Positions 8,619 through 18,501 of a stretch of DNA of 64,000 bases are shown here, piece by piece. Below the pieces are notes generated by a model that was not told where the DNA came from, made no database searches, and saw nothing but the letters and a program-made list of their open reading frames with translations. Source of the stretch: a virus; the IMG/VR virus record IMGVR_UViG_3300047476_000972, positions 13,562 through 77,561 of that record, one strand, 5' to 3'. The first letter of the stretch is position 1. Every line of letters begins with the position of its first letter. Made by a program: the position numbers and the translations under genes.

Positions 8619-10949
8619 ATGGCGACTTTAACTACACAACCGACACTCTCGGCTAATTATCGCTATTTCGTTTGCGACCTTGTTACTAACGAGCTACTAG
8701 CAGAAATTCCGCTAAGCGGGGTATCTTATGGTCGATCAATTCGCGAGGCAGGGCCTTTTACAGGTGACATTCCAGTAAGCCCTGAAACCTACAACCTGAG
8801 CCTATACGAGAACACTGTTCCAGGTAAAACAGCTCTATACATTGTTCGTAATAACCAGTGTGTGTGGGGCGGAATCATTTGGTCTAGATCATATGACATC
8901 AAAAATAAAGTTTTGAACATTAGTGGTAACGAGTTCCCTAGCTACCTGTATCACCGCGTTGCATGGAAGACCTTTGACAATGGCTACAACGCTACAGTTA
9001 CCCTAGACACTAACGGCATCGGCAAGCTAGAGCTGCAAGATAACGAAACATTTGATTTTGAAGCTAATATGCCAATTCAATTGGTGTTTGGTTCAGAAAA
9101 CAATCAGAAGTACAACGGCTACTACTACATCACTGATGATCCTGCACCCACTACTAGCGTTGCTTACTTCACTGCTCAAAAAGACGGTAATGGTCTTATT
9201 TCTGTTCAAGGGGTAGCTAGGCAGGACACAAGTACAGCTGTCTATGTAAGACAAGATACGTACCAATATGCACGTGATTTGCTCGATGCATTAGAGCTGG
9301 ATTTTTATGGACCTATCTTTGGAAATTCTGAGATAGAGCCCTCTCAGGTATTCGCGCAAATTATTACTACGGTATCTAGAACATCTAATGTCGCTACCGC
9401 GGTTTTTGCCAAGCCCCACTACTTGATTGCCGGACAAGGGTTTACTGTCAGAAATAGTGACACGGCTCTAGATGGTCGCCATGTGGTGCTAGATGTTCCA
9501 AATGAGAACACCATAACATTTACCAGCACTGGTAACGATATCTCCACGACTTCATTGACATCAAACGAGTCGGCCATATCTCAATACTCAAGAGCCGCTA
9601 CTGGTGTTGTCACGGTGACTACTACATCTTCGCACTCATTTAATGTGGATGATGTTGTAGAGGTAAGCGGACTTACTAACCTAATAGACGGTACCCATGT
9701 AGTGACTGGAACTACCAGCACAACTCTAACCTTTCAGACTGAAGTTACTGTAGCTATCGCAACTAGCGAGCCTGCGGAAGACGCCACCGTGGAACGTAAG
9801 GCAGAAATTAGGTATGGATCTTACGGCGAGTATTCTCAGAACTCGGGACTTCAGTTGGATTACTCTACTGGTGGGCTCAGTGTTCAATCTCCTAGAGATA
9901 ATCACCCATTTAGGGGTTTCGAACTTAAGTATGTCGGAGAGATTCTAGAGGAATATTCAAACAAGCCGGGTGGCTTTGAGTATCGAATTGACTGCGCATA
10001 CGATGCGAATACAAACTCATTCACCAGAACTTTTGTCTTCCTGCCTATGGAGCCTGACTCTTTAAGAGAATATAAAAACGCGCTCCCAAACTCTAAGCTT
10101 CCTGCTGGTAAATACGCTCCCCTATCCGCGTTTAATGCGGACAAGATTGTATTTGAGCACCCTGGAAACATCCTAGCTGCTAGCATGGTTGAATCGGCAG
10201 AAGACGCGGCTACACGCTTCTGGGTTCAGGGTGATGACGACACTGGTAACTCTAATGCTTCACTGCCCTATGCGGCTGAATCAAACTTTGACTATTTAGA
10301 TCGTGGGTGGCCTCTACTTGATCAAGTAGAAAAGATTGACAATATTAGCGAAGAGTCAATACTTTACGACGAGTATGCGACTCGTATGCTCTCGGAGTCA
10401 GTACCTCCGATTTCGAGTTTCTCTATTACTGTAGACGGATCCCTCCGACCAACGCTAGGAACATACAAACCAGGAGACTGGTGTTCAATCATTATTAATG
10501 ATGATTTTGTGCAACTAAGAATTCAAAGCGAACTAGAGCCCGGGAGCTCGCAGGCAGATAGAGCTGGTGTCTTGCTTCGTAAGATTGATGCGTTTGAGGT
10601 GTCTGTACCAGAAAGCCCTAGCGTCCCGGAGGAAGTTACTTTGACCCTAGTAACTGAGACTGAAATTGATTCTGCTGGTGCCACTTTGATTGATTTAGAT
10701 CCGACAATCATCAACACTACAAGCATTACTTTTGCTGTTAAATTTGACACTGAAAGAACAGATAGCTCTACCACTATTGCTCTATTTAGGGGCTCTACTC
10801 AGCTGACGACATGGACCCTTGATGCTGACGACATTCTTGATGCAACTTATTCAGCAACTGGTCTATCAGCTGGTACTAAATACGAATTTAAGCTAAAAGT
10901 TAATGGGACTACTTACGTAACTCAGTATGTAAAGACAAGGGCCTCGTAA
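8619..10949 (+). CDS. Baseplate hub / minor tail protein with inserted beta-domains and C-terminal FN3-like domain
   Basis: YRYFVCDL.T..L.AE.P, WGGIIWSR and G.Y.PGD motifs; two to three internal H...G..V.V.G...DG...V repeats; C-terminal TGLSAGTKYEFKL. Confidence 0.7.
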   Translation: MATLTTQPTLSANYRYFVCDLVTNELLAEIPLSGVSYGRSIREAGPFTGDIPVSPETYNLSLYENTVPGKTALYIVRNNQCVWGGIIWSRSYDIKNKVLNISGNEFPSYLYHRVAWKTFDNGYNATVTLDTNGIGKLELQDNETFDFEANMPIQLVFGSENNQKYNGYYYITDDPAPTTSVAYFTAQKDGNGLISVQGVARQDTSTAVYVRQDTYQYARDLLDALELDFYGPIFGNSEIEPSQVFAQIITTVSRTSNVATAVFAKPHYLIAGQGFTVRNSDTALDGRHVVLDVPNENTITFTSTGNDISTTSLTSNESAISQYSRAATGVVTVTTTSSHSFNVDDVVEVSGLTNLIDGTHVVTGTTSTTLTFQTEVTVAIATSEPAEDATVERKAEIRYGSYGEYSQNSGLQLDYSTGGLSVQSPRDNHPFRGFELKYVGEILEEYSNKPGGFEYRIDCAYDANTNSFTRTFVFLPMEPDSLREYKNALPNSKLPAGKYAPLSAFNADKIVFEHPGNILAASMVESAEDAATRFWVQGDDDTGNSNASLPYAAESNFDYLDRGWPLLDQVEKIDNISEESILYDEYATRMLSESVPPISSFSITVDGSLRPTLGTYKPGDWCSIIINDDFVQLRIQSELEPGSSQADRAGVLLRKIDAFEVSVPESPSVPEEVTLTLVTETEIDSAGATLIDLDPTIINTTSITFAVKFDTERTDSSTTIALFRGSTQLTTWTLDADDILDATYSATGLSAGTKYEFKLKVNGTTYVTQYVKTRAS

Positions 10950-10951
10950 TC

Positions 10952-13645
10952 ATGGGAATTAGACGTAGACGTAAAAAGCTGACCAGCCTCATATCCAATA
11001 TGGATAAAAGGATCAGAACTGTAGAGTTTAAGAAGACAGCCTATGGAGTCACCAGCACCACGGAAGAAGTCTCTTCTAATGAAGAAGTTGGCGGTAACGA
11101 ACCAGCCGGCTCTGTATACTCTCCTACCCTACCGAACCCATGGACTCGAGTACAACGAGCCTACTTCCACCCATCAAACGTAGTAGCTGGAGATAGGTTT
11201 GAGGTCCTGATGTACAATACCAACGGTATTGAGTCAGTATCAGGGTCTTCCGCTGAGAAGGGGGACTTTGTATCTATCTCTGCGCTAGGTAGATCTGCAG
11301 CTCCGATTGTTACCGTTGGCAGAACATACTTCAAAAATACTAACCCTAGTAATCCCTACTACACATGTCGCGCTCACGGAACTCCAAGTTGGTCGCTGAG
11401 CTCCACTAATACACGCGAAAGCCTAAAATTTAATGGTAATCAGGTATACGTGCCATTGCCAATCTCTGGAGATGTTTTTGGCACCGTTACCCATACATAC
11501 CTGTTCTCGCATGGAAGCAGTATTACGGCAAATGGTCCTAGATACTCTCTAGCAACTAGAGCGTTGATTGCTTCGCACTCAGCTACAACAACTACTGCCA
11601 CCCTAACCATCTCGGGAACTTCGCACCACTACACAGCTGATGACATTATTGATGTCAATGATCTTCCTGAAGCATATCGAGGCGTAGATGGCTTGTTTAA
11701 GGTGAAGTCTGTAACTTCCACTACCATCAGCTACGATTTTGATACTCCTCTATCGGCAGCTATTTCGTCTGCTACTGCTAGTTCGGGTACATATATTTAT
11801 TCAGTTGCACAGAAATATGTCCGAGTTGGATCAACTTGGTTTGATACTGCAAATAAAGATAAGGTCTATTATTGGAATGGGCTGAGGTACCAAAGTAGCC
11901 AAGTAGAGGGGTTGACAAATGACGGTTCTGCACCAAGCCCGCCTACAAACCTTACTTTAGTTACAAGTGGGTATAACCGAGGTACCGACGGCGGTGCTAG
12001 GTCTAGGGTTGATCTATCTTGGACTGCGCCAACAACATCTGCTAATGGTAATACTTTAGATGATTTACTCGGATATAAAATTAGGATAAGCGAGACTGGC
12101 TACAGCAACTGGCGTGACACTAGAGATTTAAATGGACGAGACACTTCTGAAACAATAACTGGCTTAGATCCAAATAAGCAATATTACTTCCGAGTAACCG
12201 CCTATGATTCATTTGGGAACGAATCTACTGGACTTGACGGGACAATTGTTACTGGATTGGCCGCACTTAGCGTCGAAAAACCGTCGGCCCCTACAATTCC
12301 TACACCTAGGCTTGGAGTAGTTTTAGTTAGCTGGGATGGGAAAGACTATAACGGCGCTACAGTTCCTTTAGAGCTAATCAACTTTTTAGAGGTGCATGGA
12401 TCAACTACTAGCGGATTTACCCCTAGCTCTAGCACCTTGCTAGCAAAAATTTATTCTAAAAACGCCCCCGCTGCAATTTCCAATCTTACCTACAACGCAA
12501 CTTACTACTTTAAACTTGTTGCAGTCGATAAAAATGGCAATTCTAGTGATCCTTCCACTCAAACATCGGCCATAATTAAGCCCCTAGTTGATACTGACGT
12601 TATCGGTAAGGTTTTGAATGGAGCAAACATTGTAGACGGCTCTATTACTGCATCCGATTCAATTATTGGTAATACTATTACTGGCGGACTAATTCAGGCT
12701 CTTGCCATCAACGCTGGGCATATCGAGTCAAATAGCATCACCACAGACCGACTACAAGCCGGAACAATGACTGGCTTTACTATTCAAACATCCACCGGAA
12801 ACACCGCAGTTATTCTAAGTGCGGCCGATAACAGTCTCTCCGTAAAAGTTAACGGAACTGTAGCAGCGTATTTAACCGGAACATACGACAGCACGTGGGG
12901 ATATGGCGCTATGTTTGGGCTAGGGACCATCGGAGATCCATACAGTAGCAACGTGTTTTTCGAGGCGGATGCCTCCATTATTAGAGGTCCAAATAACGTA
13001 GCGGGGCTGGCTGCTTGGAGAAGTGGCGGTGGATATCTTGATCTCTGGGCCAACACTCAAATGAACCTAAGCGCCAGCTACATAACCATGGGCGATGCTC
13101 TTTCCGATTTAATAGATATTCAAGGCGCGGTAGTCATTAATGGTACCACTGGTCTATATGTTCAAAATCGAATTGATGCATATGGACGTATTGCAGCTCC
13201 TTCTTTTGCAATATGGGGCGTCGGTACTGTGATCACCGGAACTGGTGGTGTAGCACCTATCTCTGGTACCACAACCTCGGCCGCGAACGTTCGTCAACCA
13301 ACCAGCGGTGACTCCCTGCTGAGGTTTGTTTCCTCTAGTGGTAGATATAAAAACACTGTCGTGGATATAGATTCTGTTGAAGAGCTAAACCCTAAGCTTT
13401 TATTAGACTTGCCTGTACGTGCTTTTAAGTACAATACTGACTACTTAAGTAATCCTGAAGACTCTAGGTACGATAGTCTAGTCCCTGGTTTTATTGCTGA
13501 AGAAGTAGAGCAGTTCTACGGAGCCGCGGTAGACTATAATGAAGACAATGTTCCAGAAAACTGGAATGAAAAGATGATGGTGCCTAGCATGCTAGCACTT
13601 ATTCAAGACCTATATAGACAAATTGACGAACTGAAGCAAAGGTAA
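10952..13645 (+). CDS. Tail fibre/spike with two FN3 domains and a C-terminal intramolecular chaperone (peptidase S74)
   Basis: FN3 motifs (LSWTAP, GLDPNKQYYFRVTAYD, LTYNATYYFKLVAVD); C-terminal SS.RYK, L....FKY, GFIAEEV and coiled-coil end. Confidence 0.8.
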   Translation: MGIRRRRKKLTSLISNMDKRIRTVEFKKTAYGVTSTTEEVSSNEEVGGNEPAGSVYSPTLPNPWTRVQRAYFHPSNVVAGDRFEVLMYNTNGIESVSGSSAEKGDFVSISALGRSAAPIVTVGRTYFKNTNPSNPYYTCRAHGTPSWSLSSTNTRESLKFNGNQVYVPLPISGDVFGTVTHTYLFSHGSSITANGPRYSLATRALIASHSATTTTATLTISGTSHHYTADDIIDVNDLPEAYRGVDGLFKVKSVTSTTISYDFDTPLSAAISSATASSGTYIYSVAQKYVRVGSTWFDTANKDKVYYWNGLRYQSSQVEGLTNDGSAPSPPTNLTLVTSGYNRGTDGGARSRVDLSWTAPTTSANGNTLDDLLGYKIRISETGYSNWRDTRDLNGRDTSETITGLDPNKQYYFRVTAYDSFGNESTGLDGTIVTGLAALSVEKPSAPTIPTPRLGVVLVSWDGKDYNGATVPLELINFLEVHGSTTSGFTPSSSTLLAKIYSKNAPAAISNLTYNATYYFKLVAVDKNGNSSDPSTQTSAIIKPLVDTDVIGKVLNGANIVDGSITASDSIIGNTITGGLIQALAINAGHIESNSITTDRLQAGTMTGFTIQTSTGNTAVILSAADNSLSVKVNGTVAAYLTGTYDSTWGYGAMFGLGTIGDPYSSNVFFEADASIIRGPNNVAGLAAWRSGGGYLDLWANTQMNLSASYITMGDALSDLIDIQGAVVINGTTGLYVQNRIDAYGRIAAPSFAIWGVGTVITGTGGVAPISGTTTSAANVRQPTSGDSLLRFVSSSGRYKNTVVDIDSVEELNPKLLLDLPVRAFKYNTDYLSNPEDSRYDSLVPGFIAEEVEQFYGAAVDYNEDNVPENWNEKMMVPSMLALIQDLYRQIDELKQR

Positions 13646-13648
13646 GTA

Positions 13649-13804
13649 ATGGAAAATCAGGTTGACATAAACTCAGTTATCAATGAGTTTAAGGCTATTA
13701 TTGCCGATCAAGCTCAGGTTATCGCAATTTTACGAGCAACCGTTATATCACTACAATCTAATGCGAATCCGTCTTCATCTACACCCTCATCGGATGGTCA
13801 ATAA
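13649..13804 (+). CDS. Small coiled-coil protein (51 aa) following the tail fibre; absent from the ORF track
   Basis: ATG 13649 to TAA 13804: MENQVDINSVINEFKAIIADQAQVIAILRATVISLQ...; fills the gap between coupled genes. Confidence 0.65.
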   Translation: MENQVDINSVINEFKAIIADQAQVIAILRATVISLQSNANPSSSTPSSDGQ

Positions 13805-14275
13805 ATGTTAGAAGTGCGAGATGGGGCTAGAACCCTTCAGTTTAGTGGCTCGCTTTTAGGGAAATCTACATCTAAACGTGGCGACTCAATTAGATGGATT
13901 GAATTCGAGCTATATAGGACTGACAGCGGTTCCTACATACTGTCACGTATTGGCGTTTCTTTAGTATTCCATGGAGCAGCTTGCGCCTTAGTTAAGCGCT
14001 ACGGATTAAGTGAAATAGCTTTTGACAAGTTAAATAAAAAAGCAATTCCATGCCCGGAATGCGATCCATCCGAAGAAGCCGAGCTAGTATTTCCTGAAAA
14101 GTATCGTCACTGGGCTCAAGTCTCGGAAGAGCCTGGAGCCGTGCTAGATGCGTTATATAAGTACGATGACAACGGCGCACGCTACCTAACAAATGTCGCT
14201 CAAAGGTTGCTTGAAGAAGCGTCTAAGAACGATGACCTAATTGCGGACATTTATAAAATAGAGATAATTCCCTAA
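13805..14275 (+). CDS. Hypothetical phage protein
   Basis: 156 aa ORF with RWIEFELYRT..G.Y motif and a H...C / CPEC possible metal site. Confidence 0.65.
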   Translation: MLEVRDGARTLQFSGSLLGKSTSKRGDSIRWIEFELYRTDSGSYILSRIGVSLVFHGAACALVKRYGLSEIAFDKLNKKAIPCPECDPSEEAELVFPEKYRHWAQVSEEPGAVLDALYKYDDNGARYLTNVAQRLLEEASKNDDLIADIYKIEIIP

Positions 14276-14281
14276 CAAGAC

Positions 14282-14309
14282 ACCCTAGTTGCAAAGACTA
14301 GGGTTTTTT
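14282..14309 (+). terminator. Intrinsic terminator of the tail operon, overlapping a sigma-A promoter
   Basis: ACCCTAGT-TGCAAAG-ACTAGGGT followed by a T-run. Confidence 0.7.
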
Positions 14310-14317
14310 GCTAATAT
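14289..14317 (+). promoter_or_regulatory. Sigma-A-like promoter for polA
   Basis: TTGCAA-N17-TAATAT. Confidence 0.6.
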
Positions 14318-14342
14318 AAATTTCTTATCGAAAAGGATTTAT

Positions 14343-16160
14343 ATGGCAGGACTAGAAGGCATTCAGCTAGAGCTGGTAGATAGTGCCGAACAAGCATCTA
14401 AGTTTATTACTTGGCTTGGTGAGAGGCGTCCACTAAATGCCATTGCCATTGATACCGAGACCGGGGAGCTTCCGGGAAATCCGCGTGACCACGCTCTATC
14501 ACCTTGGCATGGACGCCTGCGCCTAGCTCAGGTGGGTGATGGCATGACTGGCTGGGCTATTCCTTGGGACGAGTGGGGTGGTGTTTTCTACGAGGCCATG
14601 GGTAAATTCGATGGGCCTATTGTCTGCCACAACATTGCTTTCGAGGCTAAGTGGTTTGAGATCCAATCTCGCTGGAGCATGCCTTGGCACCGATCACATG
14701 ACACGATGATCATGGCGCAGCTAATTGATCCGCTTGGCCAAGGCGGTCTAAAGCCCCTCACTGAACGTTATGTTGATCGCCACGCAGCGTATCTACAGAC
14801 TCAGTTGGATGTGGGGCTAGCTGCTAATGGTTGGACTTGGGGTACTGTTCCAACTACCTTTGCACCTTACTGGTCTTATGGCGCACTAGACACGATTCTC
14901 ACGATGCGACTTTTTGAGCAATTCTGGGAGAAGTGTGCTCCAGGTCGTCCATACTCTCAGGCCTACGAGCTAGAGATGAATACTCGCCGTATCGTGACCC
15001 GCATGGAGCTTAACGGTGCTCGCCTAGATCTGGATTACTCGCAGAAGAAGTTTAATGACTTGCTTCAATACACCGAGCAAGTGAAAGACTGGGTTCAGAA
15101 AACATACAACGCTTCAGTCACGAGTAATCCTCAGATGGCGCGCGTATTCGAGGAGCAACTCGGATCTCAGATTACCGAGACCACCCCTAGTGGGCAGAAG
15201 TCATTGACCAAGGACCAGCTCAAGCTATTCACTATCCACGGCTCTGAAGAAGTTAAGCAGCTTGCAGACACGATGTTGAAGCAACGTAAAGCTGACAAGC
15301 TCGCAAACACTTACTTCCTAAACTTCATTAACGACAACGTAAACGGATTTGTTCACCCGTCCGTAAAGACCATGGGTGCTCGTACTGGACGCATGTCTAT
15401 CCAGAACCCTGCGCTACAGACTCTTCCAAAAGGTGATGACACCGTACGTCGTGCGTTCTTGCCTAAGGACGATGATCACGTAATTATTACGTCCGACCTT
15501 GATCAGGTAGAGTTCCGTATGTTTTCTTCCCTGTCTGGTGATGAAAACCTTATCAATCTATTCAATATGGCAGATGCTACTGGCTCTGACCCATTTACCG
15601 AGATCGGACGTGAAATCTACGCTGACCCGACCATGCAAAAGTCTGATAAGCGCCGTGGCCTAATTAAGGGTGTGGTTTATGGTCGCCTATATGGTGCTGG
15701 CGTCTCAAAGCAAGCCCTGACTGCGGGAGTGCCTGAAGAACAGATGCGTGCCGTATCTAACGCTTTCGATGATCGTTTCCCTGGAATGTCACTATTCCAG
15801 AAGAAAGTAGAAGATATTGGAATGCGTCGCTTGCGAGCAGAGGGCCAAGGTTATGTAAATACTTGGACTGGGCGTCGCTTACCTTGCGATGAAGACCGCG
15901 TCTACACTTTGGTTAATTATCTAATTCAAGGAGGAGCGGCCGAGGTATTCAAGTCGAACTTGATTAAGTTGGATCAAGCTGACTTGACTGAACTTTTGAT
16001 CGTCCCTGTGCATGACGAAATTGTAGTAAATGCCCCTCGAAAAGAGGCGGAAGAAATTAAACAGTTGGTTCGTAAATGTATGACAACCACTGAAGGCTGG
16101 GCTGTCCCCCTAACAGCTGATGCCGATGGCCCACTAGAGACTTGGGGAGATAAATACTAA
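14343..16160 (+). CDS. polA: DNA polymerase I (family A; 3'-5' exonuclease plus polymerase), Tyr762 type
   Basis: Exo motifs DTET, HNIAFE, YGALD; TGRMS..NP.LQ; motif A DLDQVEFR, motif B KGVVYGRLYG, motif C VHDE; ATG 14343 after AAGGA. Confidence 0.95.
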   Translation: MAGLEGIQLELVDSAEQASKFITWLGERRPLNAIAIDTETGELPGNPRDHALSPWHGRLRLAQVGDGMTGWAIPWDEWGGVFYEAMGKFDGPIVCHNIAFEAKWFEIQSRWSMPWHRSHDTMIMAQLIDPLGQGGLKPLTERYVDRHAAYLQTQLDVGLAANGWTWGTVPTTFAPYWSYGALDTILTMRLFEQFWEKCAPGRPYSQAYELEMNTRRIVTRMELNGARLDLDYSQKKFNDLLQYTEQVKDWVQKTYNASVTSNPQMARVFEEQLGSQITETTPSGQKSLTKDQLKLFTIHGSEEVKQLADTMLKQRKADKLANTYFLNFINDNVNGFVHPSVKTMGARTGRMSIQNPALQTLPKGDDTVRRAFLPKDDDHVIITSDLDQVEFRMFSSLSGDENLINLFNMADATGSDPFTEIGREIYADPTMQKSDKRRGLIKGVVYGRLYGAGVSKQALTAGVPEEQMRAVSNAFDDRFPGMSLFQKKVEDIGMRRLRAEGQGYVNTWTGRRLPCDEDRVYTLVNYLIQGGAAEVFKSNLIKLDQADLTELLIVPVHDEIVVNAPRKEAEEIKQLVRKCMTTTEGWAVPLTADADGPLETWGDKY

Positions 16161-16615
16161 TGATCTACGTTCTTGCAGTTGACCCTGGTAAAGCCACCGG
16201 AATGGCGCTATTTAGCCTCCAAAAAGGCCAAGATCCGGTCCTAGAGTGGTCAGGGGAGTTTCAACAGCACGAATACGCATCTCCAATTCGCGCCTCTCTA
16301 GCGACCGTACAAGGCGAATTAGAGGTGGTCTGCGAGCGATTCACAATTAACGCCCAGACTGTTAAAAACTCTCAGGCCCCGTACTCGCTCGAGCAGATTG
16401 GCATCCTCAAGCAATGTCTTATGGATGCTGGTCGCCCGGCCGATGACATTTATTTTCAAAGCCCTGCGGACGCAAAAGCCATGTTTTCCAACGAAAAGCT
16501 GAAGAAGCTTGGCTATTGGCATAAAGGTGGCGAAGGCCACGCACTTGACGCCATCCGACACGGTCTGCTAAGGTGTATCAAAGCTGGTTGGAAACCTATA
16601 CAGCTACTAAATTAG
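16160..16615 (+). CDS. RuvC-like Holliday junction resolvase
   Basis: VLAVDPGKATG, VVCE and H..DA..H motifs. Confidence 0.75.
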   Translation: MIYVLAVDPGKATGMALFSLQKGQDPVLEWSGEFQQHEYASPIRASLATVQGELEVVCERFTINAQTVKNSQAPYSLEQIGILKQCLMDAGRPADDIYFQSPADAKAMFSNEKLKKLGYWHKGGEGHALDAIRHGLLRCIKAGWKPIQLLN

Positions 16616-16634
16616 TTATTATCAAAAAAATAAC

Positions 16635-16663
16635 TTGACAAAGTTTTTTTCTGATAATATAAA
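16635..16663 (+). promoter_or_regulatory. Sigma-A-like promoter for the helicase operon
   Basis: TTGACA-N17-TATAAA in an AT-rich intergenic region. Confidence 0.55.
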
Positions 16664-16689
16664 TATACGTAAAGACGCAAAGGATAAAA

Positions 16690-18501
16690 ATGTCAGTTTT
16701 TGTTGAGCTAGAGGAATCTGGCGTAGACATCATTATTAACGCCGAGTGGCGTCTGAAAGAGCTGTGCAAGAGCATTCCTGGCGCTACTTGGAATTCTAAG
16801 GAAGGCGTCTGGCGACTAGCTGCGTCTTGGGCTGGATGTTTGGCCTTGCGCTCTACCTTTAAGGAAAGCCTTGAGATCGGCCCTCGCTTGGCCGAGTGGG
16901 CTAAGAACGAAAAGCTTAACCGTATTGATCCGTCAAATCACCTACGCGATGTAGACATGATGGAAGACGGAGATCAGGATCTTTTCCCTCACCAGCGTGC
17001 AGGAGTCGAGTTCCTATCCACTGCTCGCCGTGCTCTTCTAGCTGACGAGCCTGGACTTGGCAAAACCGCTCAGGCTATCCGCTCCCTAAAGCGCCTGCAT
17101 GACAAAGGCGAAGCAGTTTTTCCGGCATTAATCGTATGCCCGAATACTTTGAAGAAGAACTGGGAGCGTGAGTTTGATAAGTGGTGGCCTGGAGTAAATG
17201 TCACCGTTATTGGAGGATCAGCTACGCAACGTCGTGCTCAATTTGAAAGTGACGCCGAGGTTTATGTAATTAACTGGGAGTCTTTGCGTAGCCACTCTCG
17301 CCTCGCTCCTTATGGCTCTATTGCTCTAGCTCGATGCCAAGACTGCGACGGACATGACTCGCGTATTACCCCTGCTCGTTGTGAAGTACACCGCCGTGAG
17401 CTAAACACTATTGACTTCAAGGCTGTTATTGCTGACGAGATTCATCGCTCTAAAGACCCTAAGTCTAAGCAGACTCGCGCTCTTTGGGCCGCCACTGGCG
17501 AAGCTGATATCCGCTATGCACTAACTGGTACTCCAATTGCCAATGACGTTGTAGATCTTTGGCCAATTCTTCACTGGATCTCTCCAGAAGAATGGCCAAG
17601 CAAGACTCGCTGGATTGACCGCATGATCAACACTATGCTCAACGCATTCGGTGGAATGATGGTTCTTGGTGTAAAGCCAGACATGGAGCAAGAGTTTTAC
17701 GCAGCTATCAATCCACGCATGCGTCGTATGCTCAAGGCTAAGGTTCTACCTTGGCTACCTGCTGTTCTCACGGAGCGTCGTGACGTCGAGATGGGTGCTA
17801 AACAAGCTAAGGCCTATAAGCAGATGCTCGAGAACATGATTGCTTTGATTGAAGCCCCTGATGGCACTCTCGGAGATGCAGTTGTTGCGCCTAATCCTCT
17901 TACCCAAGCTCTACGTCTACTACAGTTTGCTAGCTCTTACGCAACCATCGAAGTAAATGAATCGGGACAAGAGAGCCTTATTTTGTCAGACCCTTCTTGT
18001 AAGGTTGATGCTCTGATGGATGACATGAAGAATGGTGACTTTGGCGATGACTCTGTTGCAGTCTGTGCAGTATCACGCCAGCTGATTGAAATCCTAAGTG
18101 CACGTCTTACAAAAGAAGGCATTGCTCATGGGCTGATCACTGGCTCAATCACAGCTGAAGATCGCCAAAAGGCTATTGATGACTTCCAGTCTGGAAAGAC
18201 TAAGTGGATCCTTTTCACGGCACAAGCTGGTGGTGTGGGTGTTACCTTGACAACAGCGCGTCGCCTTGTTATGCTTCAAAGGCCATGGTCTCTTGTTGAC
18301 TACAAGCAGGCTTTGGACCGTGTTCACCGCATTGGCTCTGAGATTCACGATTCAGTGATTATCACCGACTACGTAACTCAGGGGACTGTCGAAGAGCGTG
18401 TAATCCAGGCTCTAGACACTAAAGCTGACAATTTTGAGCAGATTGTTCGTGACAAGCACCAGCTGCTCCAAATGCTTAAAGAAAGCAAGGCAACTCTATA
18501 A
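16690..18501 (+). CDS. SNF2-family SF2 helicase
   Basis: LFPHQ, LLADEPGLGKT, DEIH, LTGTP, GGVGVTLT and QALDRVHRIG motifs. Confidence 0.92.
   Translation: MSVFVELEESGVDIIINAEWRLKELCKSIPGATWNSKEGVWRLAASWAGCLALRSTFKESLEIGPRLAEWAKNEKLNRIDPSNHLRDVDMMEDGDQDLFPHQRAGVEFLSTARRALLADEPGLGKTAQAIRSLKRLHDKGEAVFPALIVCPNTLKKNWEREFDKWWPGVNVTVIGGSATQRRAQFESDAEVYVINWESLRSHSRLAPYGSIALARCQDCDGHDSRITPARCEVHRRELNTIDFKAVIADEIHRSKDPKSKQTRALWAATGEADIRYALTGTPIANDVVDLWPILHWISPEEWPSKTRWIDRMINTMLNAFGGMMVLGVKPDMEQEFYAAINPRMRRMLKAKVLPWLPAVLTERRDVEMGAKQAKAYKQMLENMIALIEAPDGTLGDAVVAPNPLTQALRLLQFASSYATIEVNESGQESLILSDPSCKVDALMDDMKNGDFGDDSVAVCAVSRQLIEILSARLTKEGIAHGLITGSITAEDRQKAIDDFQSGKTKWILFTAQAGGVGVTLTTARRLVMLQRPWSLVDYKQALDRVHRIGSEIHDSVIITDYVTQGTVEERVIQALDTKADNFEQIVRDKHQLLQMLKESKATL

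Noticed and set aside
14289-14342. TTG start extension of PolA
   Set aside because: It coincides with the terminator/promoter; ATG 14343 has an SD.
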